From: Zygnema circumcarinatum SAG 698-1b
Taxonomy: Eukaryota; Plantae; Zygnematophyceae
Length of the DNA stretch: 64,000 nucleotides
Direction: 5' to 3'
Assembly: GCA_037447605.1 (NCBI GenBank)
Contig: CM074817.1
Location: 1,426,001 to 1,490,000, forward strand
In this document: piece by piece, positions 1 to 12,248 of the stretch
How the letters are laid out: every line of letters starts with the position of its first letter
Position numbering within the stretch: the stretch's first letter is position 1
The notes under the pieces: generated by a model
Told to the model about the DNA's origin: nothing
The model's input: only the letters and a program-made list of their open reading frames with translations
The model's database searches: none
Made by a program: the position numbers and the translations under genes

Positions 1-1740
1 CAAGCTGTGCTCTTAGCCACGGATGGAAGACTGTTCGCTCGTCTCACATTTGCTCCCAAGGCAAGGCACATGTGCATCCCTGCCATGGCATGGCATGGCA
101 TGGGGGGGGAGACCCGCATCCCCACATCCGCTACCATGAGCTGATTTTGTGAGTTCTCTCTCGTGAACAGCACGGAGACCAATTGGCTGAAGCTGAAGCT
201 GAGGCTGAAGCTGGGAGCGTGGTGGTCAAGGAAGACTATGTTCTGCGTTGCTGGGAAAGCATTTATCTGAAAGGAGGACCTTACCAGGGTCAAGGGCTAC
301 GCTGATTTGTGTGACAAGTTTGAGAATCATGTTGGTTTCTATGTTGAATGGAAGGTCCATGGTTGATTGGTGGGGGCAGGTTGATCCAAACTTCGTTGGC
401 ACCTTCATTTTGCCATTACGTGCGGTGGATGAAATTTGTCGTGCATTTGGGGGAGTTCCGAAAGCAGCTTCCAAAAGGGCGCAAGAGGCTGCAAGGCAGC
501 TGGATGAACAGGAGGTGACGGTTGAACTTCAGCGAGAGAGAGTTGCAATTCATCTCCTTGACGGGTGGGAATAGTGACCCTTCAAAATTGGATCCAATTG
601 GGGAACAGAGTTTTGTCAGTCGGCACTGTTGAAAAAAGGTCCTGTCTATTGTGGTTTGGACCAGTAAGTGAATGATTAACTTTGCGGGTAATTCGAGGTA
701 ATCTGAAAGGCTGACTCAGTTACTGCTCTTTGTTGACTGTTCTTTGCTCTGCTTCGTTCAACGGTGTTGTGTCAGACAGTACAACCTTGGGAAGCCAATT
801 GTTGATTGGCGACTATCCCGACCTTTCCCCCTTGATGAATAGAGAGCCCAAGGTGAGAATGGGTGGAGGACCACATGTATAGCTATCCTCCTTGAAGCTA
901 CGTCGCACAAATTAGCTTTTTTTTTGTACTTCATGTTTTCACCTTTTAATTGTGTCATGGCCTTATCTAAACGTCATCCAACACGCGCTTGAGAACCGAG
1001 TGCAGGTGACCTTGAGTTTAGACCGACAAGAGCTTATTTCACATTTACGCAAAGTGGCACTCTTTTGTGGGAAATCGAGTGACAAAAGCGCTAAGGGCGT
1101 GCATATGGCTCTTCGTTCGAGTGTGCTTTCATTGAGTGTCTCCAGCTCTCATGCAGGCGAATACCAGGTAAGCCTTCACCACTTATTAAATATAGCATTG
1201 AATTTGAACCCCGAGACTCTGAGAGTTTCTGTTCCTCATTTCCACTAGCACCTTGAGCAAACGATCACTAATCTTCCTATATCGGGTAACATCTTTACAG
1301 CAACTGAAAAAGATTCAATGGGAAAGATTGTCTTGTAGAGTTTCAAGTTCATACAACGTACTTTCTTAATCGGATGTGCAGGCATTCATGGAGGTCGAAT
1401 ATGATGGAGCGCCAATGGATATTGGCTTCAATCCCCTTCTATTGGCGGACATCCTGCAGCATGTAGATGGAGGTAAGGAAACCTCGCTAACTAAAGACTA
1501 CCTTGTAGTGGAGTATAGTCAAGTCAAGTTTATTCTAAATCACGTCACTGACGCGGTTCACTGGTGCCTGAGAGCATTTTTTTTAAGAGTATTTTTTAAT
1601 TGGGACCTAACGCAGTCTCGTCTGAAACAGACATAGTCAGTTTGGGCCTTACAAGGCATGGAGGGAGCGGCACAGCTATCATTCGCGATGATGTGGCTAC
1701 TTTTATTCTTGGGGGGCTCGTGGATCCGGCGGATCCCTGA
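1..1740 (+). CDS. dnaN: Bacterial-type DNA polymerase III beta subunit (sliding clamp, DnaN) homolog, intron-containing, 5'-truncated by the window edge
   Basis: Reconstructed exons: <1-60 (QAVLLATDGRLFARLTFAPK), ~380-564, 780-852, 1006-1167, 1382-1472, 1616-1740 (stop TGA). Exons from 380 onward total 636 nt in one frame with compatible GT-AG phases. Motifs match beta-clamp domains II-III: LATDGRLFA (E. coli VATDGHRLA), FILPLRAVDEI (VIVPRKGVIEL), GSQLLIGDYPD (TSKLVDGRFPD), EVEYDGAPMDIGFNPLLLADIL (DVTYSGAEMEIGFNVSYVLDVL). The exon 1/2 junction is uncertain, and an extra exon may start at 171. Confidence 0.85.
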
Positions 1741-2468
1741 GTGCAAGTAAGGAGGAAGGTAATTAGGAAGGTGCTCTTAGGGTACGACCATGGGTTGACT
1801 TTTGTGGGACTGAGGGGCTTTGAGGGTCTCAATCGTTGTATTTGACTTTAAGCCTGAAACTTCACGTTCTGCTCTCTTATGTGATGGTTCGATGTATGAC
1901 GTCGCCCCACATTGACCTGCAATAAACGCAGTTCTATGCCTTCTCCGTCCTACTTTGGTGTTAGAACCATCGGGAATAATTCCTTTCTCTGCAATTTTGC
2001 GACACTGTTTTTATAAAGAATCCATGGGTGGGTTTCATTAATGACAGAGTGTCTCGTTGCTTTGCAGCTTGAATGCTGCTTGTTGTCGTGGGCTTAGCTG
2101 TGCCTGCGCGTTGTTCATCTTTAAGCTTAAACGCCACGACTGCCTGCTACTGCTCTGTCCTCCCAAGAAGAAGTAGACGCATTGGTCTTAGGGGCAAGCC
2201 ACTGCATAAGCGTAACTCCTTTGTTCAGAAATCGAGCCATCTAAGCCCATCTGTACAGCGCTTGGCATTGCATTCTGCAGAGTACATGAAAAGAACACTT
2301 GCGACTCAAACATGATGGCTTTACAAACACCATAAAGACCATCAATGCTCCCAACCATGCCATTGAGAAACTCCCTTGAAAGAAAATGTGAGGAAATATC
2401 GAGAACTCCCATTAATGGACAGTACTTAAAAAGAGTATTCTTGTGTGGGGTCTAGAGTCAGGATATAA

Positions 2469-2547
2469 GGTTTTAGGTTTTAGGTTTAGGTTTAGCGCTT
2501 AGGGCTTAGGGTCAAGCTTTAGGGTTTAAAGTTTGGTTTAGTTTAGG
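2469..2547 (+). repeat. Degenerate interstitial telomere-like (TTTAGG/TTTAGGG) array
   Basis: ggttttaggttttaggtttaggtttagcgcttagggcttagggtc...tttagggttt. Confidence 0.6.
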
Positions 2548-3198
2548 CACAAAAACAGAATCTGAAATTGTAAATGAAGTAAAAAAAAAAAGAAAAAACG
2601 TGACCGCACTGAATATGATAAACATTCACGTGCCTCTCGCCTCTTTACAGTACTGCTCTTATATACTCCATGTTCCCCTCCGATACAAGGACAACGCCTT
2701 ACGGCACTTGAACCCGAAAAATGAAAACATCGGCCTGCTGTAGCCCTAAGACCTGTGCACCTCTAGGAAGGACAACGTAAGAGCGAAGGGGCCAGATGCA
2801 AAAAAAAAAAAAAAAAAAAAAAAGCTTCCGAAGATCCACCAAAGCGAATTCTACAAGCATCCCTTATCTCGTTCTCCAAATATTAGAAATTGGAACCATT
2901 CCATCAATAAATTGATGGCCATAACTGACATACGGCGATAAGACTTGATGTGACTTCCATGTGCACATCAATATCTGCTGAAATCCTAAAAAACGATTTC
3001 ATGTGTGCTTCGGACATCCCTAAACCCGCCTTCTAACAAAGTGCAAGAACAAAAATGTGCGCCAGAAGATCTTCGATCCAAATGTACACTGTCCAACTTG
3101 GCACATAGAACACGGCAGCCCGTAGGACCCCGCCAGGGAACAACAGCCACCCATCTGTTGGACCATTGAGAATTTGATCCCTTTTGGCCCCCTTCCCT

Positions 3199-5371
3199 TC
3201 AGCCTCTCCTTTTCCTCGTTGGCAAGACCTCCTCATCTGAGTCATCTGAATCGAGCCTCCTCTTACCCCCCTTTCCATTGGAAGTCGTTGCAGACTTCTT
3301 CACATCTATCTTCACGATTTGCTTCTTGACGGCAGTGCCATTCGTGGTTGAGCTTCTTCCTGTCGTTCCGCCATTCTTTGTTGGAGTAACAGGTCCGCTT
3401 TTCTTCATTCGAGATCTTTCATACACAAGTTTGGCATCATCATGGTCCAGCATCCCGTACTCCATCATCCTGAGAAATGAAAACATCAAGGTAATCAGCA
3501 CACTAGCTTCCATACGCTTTCAAATGCACTACCTCGTGTAACTCTCTTGAAGAGATTCGAGCAGCCGTTGTTCCATTATTCTACTGTTAAAGAAAGCTTT
3601 CAAACAGCTATCAGCATGTTCCAGGCAAAACATGTGATATGCACTTGTACATTGCCAAACATATAACTTCTGTGGTCAGCCTGTGGTATGTTCCATGTAC
3701 TCCTTTAGCGACTGCACTGGACTTATCCAGCCACATGGAGGAATATATGCAAGACTGCTTTCGCACATATGGAGGAGTCAGGTCTGGAGTGGGTGCCTCC
3801 TATCCCCGACAGTGACAAAATGTGCTTACCAGAATGCGGATGTAGCATTATAAAAGTAACACAAAATCACACATGCACGAGAATCCGAGATCATACTGTT
3901 TATTTGAACTTTTGTACAGGTCCGTATTTCATTCCAACAAACATACAAAAGCGCGTAGGGATGGCTTCACAAACAAATGACTTTCTTTGCAATATCTGAA
4001 GAAGCAACGCATTACCATATTTGAGCCATTTCACTGTCTGGCTTTTGCCGGTAAAGTGATTCGTAAAAAATCCGAAGGCCATCCCTCTGCATCCCTCTCC
4101 ATCCAACCGGTTACCAAATTCATCAGGTCATGACAATGGCTAAAAAAACACCAGTCTATATTAATTGCAATAGCTGGACTATGCTTTTCTACAAGAGACG
4201 GAGAGAAGGTGCACACAATGTCCATGAGATAGAACGGTTCCACTCAATCCTCTACACAGATAACAGAAGAGATCAGTATCAGTTCGCTACCCACCTCGTC
4301 TGGAGGCTGGTGCTTTTGACCTGGCAAGTCAAAAGACTTCTTCTCTCTCTCTTTCGTTACCACCTTCTTCGTCTTAATTTTTGTCGTCTCCAACTTCTCA
4401 TCTGCATCAGCTTCTGGCTATCAGCCCGCACATCCCAAGAAATACTCGCATGAATAACTTTAAAATGAAAATCATAAGCCATTCAACAATTAGGAATGCA
4501 AAAAAGACAACAAATGATGCGAGAAAATAAGCGCATTTATAACATAAAACGTGCTGAAACTGAATGATACCTGTCAGCAACCGAGATACAATAAGGGCGC
4601 AACACATTCATACATTGACAGCACATAATTCAATACGTACAAAATATATTTCGGAGCTGTGAACACAACTATCCTCAACAAACCAATGAAGAGATGGAAA
4701 TCTTATGATGCATGAAGCAACTGTGTGTATAGGTCAGCAGGTACGGTAAAGTACATCTCTCTTGACCGATGTCTTCGTATGGACAGTCCTTTCAACCTTC
4801 ACAATACGCGAGCTCTCCCCCTTTGCAGGTATCAAATCCTTCTCTTGCTTAACCTGCACACGAGAAAGTCACGAAACTGAGCTTTGTGCATCATAGTCTT
4901 GATGCGAGAATCAGGCTCTCTGAAAATTGTTCGGGCAAGAGCGAGCAGACAGATAATTTATCTGCGGAATGGCGTACAAACTGGCAATAATTTCTGTGAT
5001 TGGAATACAAAAAGGAATGGAAACGCTGTTGATTTTGGAAAACAAGCAAGCAGTATTCCGCATTGAAGCACGAAGTCAATTGGAAATCGGCACACTGCTC
5101 CTCCTGGCTCCGACAGGCAGCAAAAAGTGCACGAGCAGAGCGCGGAATGATCGCATCGGCTCTCATCATGCGCAATTTCATAACCATTTGATAAAGAAGA
5201 GAGACGCATAAAGACATCTGGATTCCTGAACAAGCGAGCGAACATCACCATTGCTGAAAGCTGCACCAGAGAAACCTTTTCACAGTTTCCCAATTATCGT
5301 CCATGATTTCATACCTTTCCTTTCCTTTCTTCTTTCACTCTGGTGCTGGTTCCATTAGCTCTATCAGCCAT
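3199..5371 (-). CDS. Conserved uncharacterised plant Lys-rich protein, multi-exon
   Basis: ATG at 5371 (MADRANGTSTRVKEERKGK|gt). Spliced core reads KEREKKSFDLPGQKHQPPDE|RDGLRIFYESLYRQKPDSEMAQIW|MMEYGMLDHDDAKLVYE. This resembles the plant family with the DLPGQKxxPPxERDxLRIFYE motif. The last exon is ORF 3199-3513, ending in an NLS-like RKRRG*. Confidence 0.75.
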
Positions 5372-5835
5372 GGCTGTGCTTCAGTGCCTCCACAACTAAA
5401 GGCTGCAAGTCAAGCCTATCATCAGATCCACCTCAACTTTGAACCGAATTAAGAAATCGTCCACTGAATGATCACAATGCTATTGATTTTTATTGATATT
5501 GCTCACAATCCCTTGCACATTTACATCTCCTGCACGTTTCTGCGCCCCTCTGAAACGCAGGTCAGTGCAGGATTTGGCAGACAGATAGGCTGCGGAGCTG
5601 CAAGGCCAAGCGCGGCCTTCCCACGGTTCCATGAGCTTTTCCATGACAGTTTGAGCCTGTCTCCGTTGAGCATCTACCAATGGCAACTCACCACGTAGAC
5701 AGAAATAGACACGTGTCAAATGGCCATTGGCAAATCCCAAAACCCTTAATCGAGGTCGACTACGGTTCGCGACAGTGAAAAACGTCGTTTGACGACGTAG
5801 TTACAGTTCCAGTTTTACAGTGGACGAAGTTGGGT

Positions 5836-5871
5836 GGTTGGTTGGTTGGTTGGTTGGTTGGTTGGTTGGTT
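5836..5871 (+). repeat. (GGTT)9 microsatellite
   Basis: Perfect tetranucleotide run. Confidence 0.9.
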
Positions 5872-6467
5872 AGTCAATACAAATTCCTTCTCTCATTGGC
5901 AAGTGGTTGTACCTTTGATGGAGTCCACACGTGAGATCATTCGATTCCTATGAAGCCAATGCTACCTGTATACCTTCTATTCGACTTTCCAACTTTTGTT
6001 AAGATCACATACAGTGAAGTGCAGTAGCAGTTTCATCGAGCAGCACATCAACCACATCGAAAGAAAGAAAGAAAGTGAAAGATCGATGAAAGTTTCCTTT
6101 CACCACATCTGATACATGAATTACCAACGAAGGAAACGATGGCAATCACGGGGCGATGTTTCAAGCATCCAACCACCTTTGCCACACAGTATATACTCTA
6201 CAGAACGTGTGTGGCCCAACATTTGGAGCCAAGCAACTACCAATGCTCCTCTCTTGATTAGATTTTGCATTCTCTAACTAACATGGCACCCTAACTTTGC
6301 TCAAACTGAAGGCCCCATATAACAACAGGAATCGAAAAGCATAATAGTCTCACAACGGGAATGCTTAGTGCCTCTAACCCTGGCTAATGGAACCATCATT
6401 GTAAGAACTAAGAGCTTTACAATAGCAGCCTATAGGATCTTGAATCCCCCTGTAATATAGCACACCA

Positions 6468-9400
6468 TTATATCGTATCGGATGCTCCCATCCGCCAAGG
6501 GGGGTAGTCCGTGGAGCTGCTTCCTTGAACAAGCTGACCGGCCCCTGGCCCATATTCTTCTTCCAGTCCGTACTCTTCTCCGAAGTACTTGTCCACGAGG
6601 TGGCTGGCCATCACCCGCAGCTCATCGTTCCCATGGAACTGCAATGATTCCATGGCGTCAATGCCATCTTCTACCTCTACTAATTTCGGACCATTAGGTA
6701 ACACTCTCAGTACCTGCAACAACCACAGAGAAGCATAGACTGTCATACAGGCATCATTCCATTTGCAAGAAAAGGTCTTTCCTGAAGTCAAATCTTGCCT
6801 TAATATGCATCAATTTGGAACCGAAGTGTAACCATTCAAACAACTGCGGCAACAAGGTGAAGAAGCATTGGATGGAGTCAATTGGGAAGTAAGAAACAAA
6901 GTCGCAAATGGGCTGCCAGCTTACCATCTCCACAAACTGGAGTCCTAAACGCGCTGCCCCCAAGTCTGGTGACCTTACAAGTGAAAGAAAGGTTGGCAAG
7001 CAACCTCCCTTAACTATTTGGTCCAACACTTGAACATTCACTTCCGGTATAGTGCTTGCCGCCGCAGAAGGAGGCAAGGGAGCAACACAAAGGTTTCCTG
7101 CCAAGCAGAACAACCAAACTATTATTAGGGATACCATGAGATCAGATTGTAGACATGAAAGAGTATGATCATGACTTTATGATGCAAACTCGTTCTTTTC
7201 ACTCACCCAATGCAAAGGCAACTTCCTTGCGCACATCGAACGCCCCCGAAGAAAAAAGTTGCAGAAGAGGAGTCATAACAGGGCTTTTAAAGACTGCCTC
7301 TTTATGTTCCCTTGAGCCTCCTGCTATGTTGGAGAGGGCCCATGCAATCTCCTGCAGAATGCCCCACCAATTAGCTGCTTGCAATTCTCTCTGCTGCAAT
7401 AGACTTTCAAATTCTCAAACGAAGAGTCAACGAGAATATCCTAGACATTTAGCATACCTTCTGCACAGTGCGATGTGGACTTTCAAGACATCGAGTAAAG
7501 GCTCCGAATGCGCCGCCTGTCAAAGAACACAACCACACAGATACTCTCTTGGCAACAACAACAAAATATTAACAATAAGATAAGATAAGATAAGTTAAGA
7601 TAAGATAAGATAAGATAAGATAAGTTGTTAAGATATTAACAATTTATGTCCTGACGAGTAATACTGCATGAGAAGCCAAACTTGAGGTCAACCCCTTCAA
7701 AGAGTCGAACAGAGAGGAGACGTAAAGCTAAGTCATGCAGACCTGGAATAGTCGAGCCGGCCGCAAGCAGGGCATCCGTTTTACTGTTATCCATAGCTGT
7801 GATATTTCCAATCGTTCGTACTACCTGCGTATGAACAGCTGACATAGAATGAAGTCCTCTGCAGTTTCCCACATGACCTCTTCTCACTTAATTAGCTCAC
7901 TTTAACCTAAGTAAACAGTATGCCTCTTCAAACAGTCCAATGTCAAATTCCTCCCAAAGTTCACAGACTTGAGCATGCAGGGCCTGAACCTTCAAAAAAA
8001 CCTGCTGGAAGTCTCATTGAAAACCAAGGAATCTAATAAAGAGAATGTTTTTATTTTCTTTAAGTAACCGTTTTATACGATCTTTTAACTCGCTTTTTGA
8101 CCTCACCGGAGTGAGTATGACGGGTTCAGAGGAAGATTCGAGTAGCCGCAAAAGTGGTACAGCAACTCCGGCAGCTAGCAGCTGTTCCGTACATGCATCT
8201 GACTTAACTGTGATATATACAAGTACCCAGGCCACTTCGGCTGCGAGCTGAAGGTTTCTGAGGGCCACACATTGAAAGGAATGAGTTGAACTTCAAAGTA
8301 GCACAGCAAAAGGTTACCAATCTCTATGTCATTTCAAGGGTTTATGGCACTAGAAAGTTCATTTCCAGAGAAAGGCTACAAGCAATAATATTCAGGATTC
8401 TAGAGTTTGTAGACTAGAATGTAGACTGCAAAATCGAGAGTTGACGACCTAGAGTCTGTAATTTTACAAGATAGGGATAAGTGACCAAAGGAAGAATGTT
8501 ACTATGTACAACTACGCTTCGTCCCCGGGCTTGCAAAATGGCAATAACTGGGCATTGTTCATTCACCATGCACAAAAAAGACAAACTCCGATGCAAAGTC
8601 AGAACTTACCCGGAGTTGAGAAATGACACAAGAGCAGCAGGTATAAAATCTGTCCTGACCAGCTCCACTGCTATCCGTGGTTCAGATGCCTGTCATACCT
8701 TAAAAAAAAGAGCAAACTCGCCTTTTAACGAATCAGAAACTATACTGAGTACGCACATTCAGAATGATTGGTCGTCAATTGTACTATGGAAACAAAAGCG
8801 ACCAGAGGAAACCAGCAGGGCTGTAGAGAGATCCGTCCCCTTTTATAAAACCCTCAAAACTCACCTTCAAAACGTTAGATAAAGCCCATGCTATAGTCTG
8901 TGCAAGTCCCTCCTTTGACCGAGTTGCTGCTGCAACGAGCAGAATTCGAGCAAGCGCAGGGAGGACGCCCTGCTTCAGCAGAACAGCGGTTGCTTCTGTT
9001 CCTTCCGCTGCAAGATTGCTGATCGCCCATGCGCAATGGTCTATGACGGTCTCAGGGCTTCTCTCTGAAGCAGCTCCAAACAGCCGCATCGCGTTCTATG
9101 AGAGAGAGTCTACATAAAGCTTACATAAAGCTTTACAACAGTAATCTCGAGAGCATCCTTGCTCGCAGCATCACCATATTCACTAGCTTTATCTCAAATG
9201 AAATGAACCAGAAATTCGTAAGTCAAAGTTTCAGACAATTTGCATAGTTCGATGTACCGAGTCAATTTAACAAACTTTCAAGCCAAACGATGGTAGTGAA
9301 CACATAGTTGCCTTAAAACAGTACCAAAGCGAAGAAGTTCAAAATCCCTACTATCCCCAACAACCGTACCAAGGACACGAGCGAATCCAAGGAGCCTGAG

Positions 9401-10943
9401 GTCTCACCCATATATAAGTACAGTTCTGCTTCACGGGATACTGGACATTTATTGACATAACGATGTTCTACATAACGACTTCACTTAGGCGGCCTGAACA
9501 CCGTTCCATGCCAAGAGGGATTCTCGGACGGCAAAGAAGCTTCCTGCAGTTAATGTTAAGTTGAAATAACGGAATAGCTTACCGCCGAGATGTGCAACAA
9601 GAAGGGCGGAGGCAGGAAGAACAGCTTCTGCTTGCTTGCTGCTCCCTCCTGCTATGTTCGATAAGCACCATGCAGCGTCCACCAGCTGCAATTCCCAAAC
9701 AACAAGGGACATCACACGATGGCCAGAGCTTTCAAAGAGGGCACAGTCACAACTGCTAAGCAGCTAAATGTGCACTTGCGGATTAGTTGATTGAGTTTCT
9801 TGCAATAAAGTCAAGAAGGAGCAGAAATGTACCTGCTCTTCTGGTGAGCCAAAACCCAGGCAAGATATTAGAAGTGGGACCACTCCGGCACGAACGGCAG
9901 CATCGACTGGAGGTTCTGTCTCCCTAGAAAGCTGCCATCGTAAAGCACGCAAGGCTGATGTCTTCACCTGGGCTGACCCTTTCGCGGGCCTGCAGCAGGG
10001 CTATAAAGCAACAAACGAGCTCGGTCAAAGCAACATTTGTTAACTACGATGTTGCAATCACAGGTGTTTAGTGCAGGATGAGGGGGGGAGGTCTTAAGCC
10101 TGCTCTATACCAAACTTCACCTAGAAAATTAGTATCAGTAATCAAGGATGGACTCCTTAGGGTAAAGAGGAAAACAGGACAGCAGGGATAGAGGATCGTG
10201 TATTCAAACAAGAACTCGCGAAACATGTCGTTCCTTTTGTCAACTATAATTGCGGCAGTGGGACTTACCCACTGGTAGCTTCTTGCAATTCCTTTACGGC
10301 AGCTTCAATCCTTGTCTCCGCTGCTTTACGCAAAGCAGCTTCGTCGTCTATGCCCAGTTGTTCCTCCTTCATTCCAACATCCTCCTCATGCGACACACGA
10401 AAGCGTTTAGCTCTTAACAGTGCATCACGCTTATCCCTCCCAATTGAAATAGCATCTTGACGTCTTCTCGCCGTTCCTTTAACGCCGAGCGCTGCAGAAA
10501 AAACATAGAACACAAGTATTGAAGAAAATGGATATCTAGGGAAGCAAATACAAGATGCATTCATTCGCTTCCGAAATGAAATTTGTACGGAAAACGAGCA
10601 CAAACTCACGCCCACCTTCATAGTTCTCAGCATAATCAATATAATTGTTTCAGAAACAACTTTCTTAAACATACAAAAGGTTCAGAGACAATGAAGGAGT
10701 AAACATTGTATTTCATGGCTGCAAGGCAAACACGAAATTGACTCGCAGTGGTTACGTGCTTCTAATCAAACAAACAAATCAAACATACGACTTTTCCCTG
10801 AAATAGGAAGCAAACTCCTCATTCCTCACTCCTTACTGAGCACAAGTCAATACAGCTAATCCAGACGCACCAGGCTGATTTCTACGGGCGCCGGCTCGGG
10901 CTTCCGTCCTCGCAGCTGCAGCAGCAGCAGCCGCCCCATCCAT
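6468..10943 (-). CDS. IMPA9: Importin subunit alpha (IMPA9-like), multi-exon
   Basis: ATG at 10943 (MDGAAAAAAART...). IBB-like segment RRRQDAISIGRDKRDALLRAKRFR. ARM repeats with WCLSNIAGG, WAISNLAAE, WALSNVLK, WVLVYIT and WALSNIAGG. C-terminal GIDAMESLQFHGNDELRVMASHLVDKYFGEEYG is typical of the IMPA9 clade. GT-AG junctions are consistent where checked. Confidence 0.88.
7576..7624 (+). repeat. (TAAGA)n pentanucleotide microsatellite in an importin intron
   Basis: About 10 copies with one variant unit. Confidence 0.9.
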
Positions 10944-11060
10944 GGCTCCCTCCGTCCCTCCCAGTCCTTCCCTCTCCCCTTAGAGCGGAGGAGCGGAAGC
11001 GGAGGGCGCTGCTCTTCCCTCCACTTTTCCGTCCAGGTCTCGTTCTCGCACGTGGACGTT

Positions 11061-11232
11061 CACGTGGCAGATCCAACGGCCATTGTCTGGACATCTGGCA
11101 AGTGGAAATCCAACGGTCAGAAGCTCATGAGTGTCCACGTCAATAATCCAACGGCTATAATGCCATGTACTTCCACGTGGTCAATCCAACGGCCATTGAT
11201 TGGACATCTGGTACAAATTTATCCAACGGCTG
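11061..11232. promoter_or_regulatory. Array of five TCCAACGG (MSA-like/MYB-type) motifs at 37-38 bp spacing with interleaved CACGT, upstream of importin-alpha
   Basis: TCCAACGG at 11072, 11109, 11147, 11185 and 11222, about 130-290 bp upstream of the ATG at 10943. Confidence 0.55.
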
Positions 11233-11297
11233 CCTTTTCGCGCTCCAAGTTTACTCAACTTCATTCAAATTTTGCTCCGTGGTTCAACTTTGCTGAT

Positions 11298-12139
11298 AAA
11301 TTTCGGAGAACTATATACCGCCCCCTTTTTTGGTTATCCCGCCATCGTTTTTTTGAAATCCGACCCTCCCATTTCGGCTATTCTGCCCCCCTCCCCCATT
11401 TTGGATATTTCGGGAGGAGATCGCCCCCCTGATTTGAATATTTCTTTCCCGCCCCTCCCGTCCTCTCCCCTCCCCTTCCCTGCCCTCCCATCCCGTCCTC
11501 TCCCCTCCCCTCCCCTGCCCTCCCCCTCCCCTCCCCCTCCCCTTCCCTGCCCTCCCCTCCCNNNNNNNNNNTCCCCTCCCCTTCCCTGCCCTCCCCTCCC
11601 GTCCTCTCCCCTCCCCTCCCCTTCCCTCCCCTGCCCTCCCCTGCCCACCCCTCCCTTCCCTTCTTCCTCTCGGTTTGCAATTTCCACACAAATGACTGAG
11701 TATAAGACTCGCGATGAGCTTGTACAAGAAAAAGACATAAGAAGAATCCTTCCTTCTTGCACTACAAGAAGGAAGGATTTCACATCAAGATCGGCAAGCA
11801 TAGCGATAGCCGCCGACTCTACCTGCAATGCTTTAGCCGGGGGACCTACGAGGACAGAGGTCTGGAAGAGAGTAGTAAGAAGAGGAATATCTCTCCTCTG
11901 CTCTCTCTCCTCTAGTCTTTCTCTCCTCTACTCTCTCTCCTCTGCTCATTCTCTCTCTCTCCTTTGCTCTCTCCTGTGCTCTCTCCTCTAGTCTCTCTCT
12001 CCTTTGCTCTCACTCCTCTACTCACTCTCTCTTCCTCTCATCTCTCTCTCTCCCCTCTTTACTCTCTCCCCTTCTCTCTCCTCTACTCATTCTCTCTCTC
12101 TCTCTCCTTTGCTCTCCCCTCTAGTCTCTCTCTCCTTTG

Positions 12140-12172
<33 letters not shown>

Positions 12173-12205
12173 CTCTGCTCATTCTCTCTCTCTCTCTCTC
12201 CTCTG

Positions 12206-12248
<43 letters not shown>

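Noticed and set aside
1-1740. Bacterial contamination or PCNA as the explanation for the clamp-like sequence
   Set aside because: The reading frame is restored only by removing spliceosomal introns in matching phases, the flanks are plant genes, and the motifs (ATDG, YPD, IGFN) are beta-clamp rather than PCNA type.
2066-2190. Alternative last exon for the DnaN homolog (e.g. ACYCSVLPRRSRR)
   Set aside because: The 1616 acceptor has a better branch point, is in phase, and aligns to the strand pattern of domain III. The alternative is kept only as something for RNA-seq to test.
2800-2823. A-run of ~24 nt as a retroposon tail
   Set aside because: No recognisable SINE/LINE body, pol III boxes or TSD.
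11061-11232. CRISPR-like array (also considered for 28176-28265 and 31208-32200)
   Set aside because: Eukaryotic context, no constant-length repeat with unique spacers, and no cas genes.
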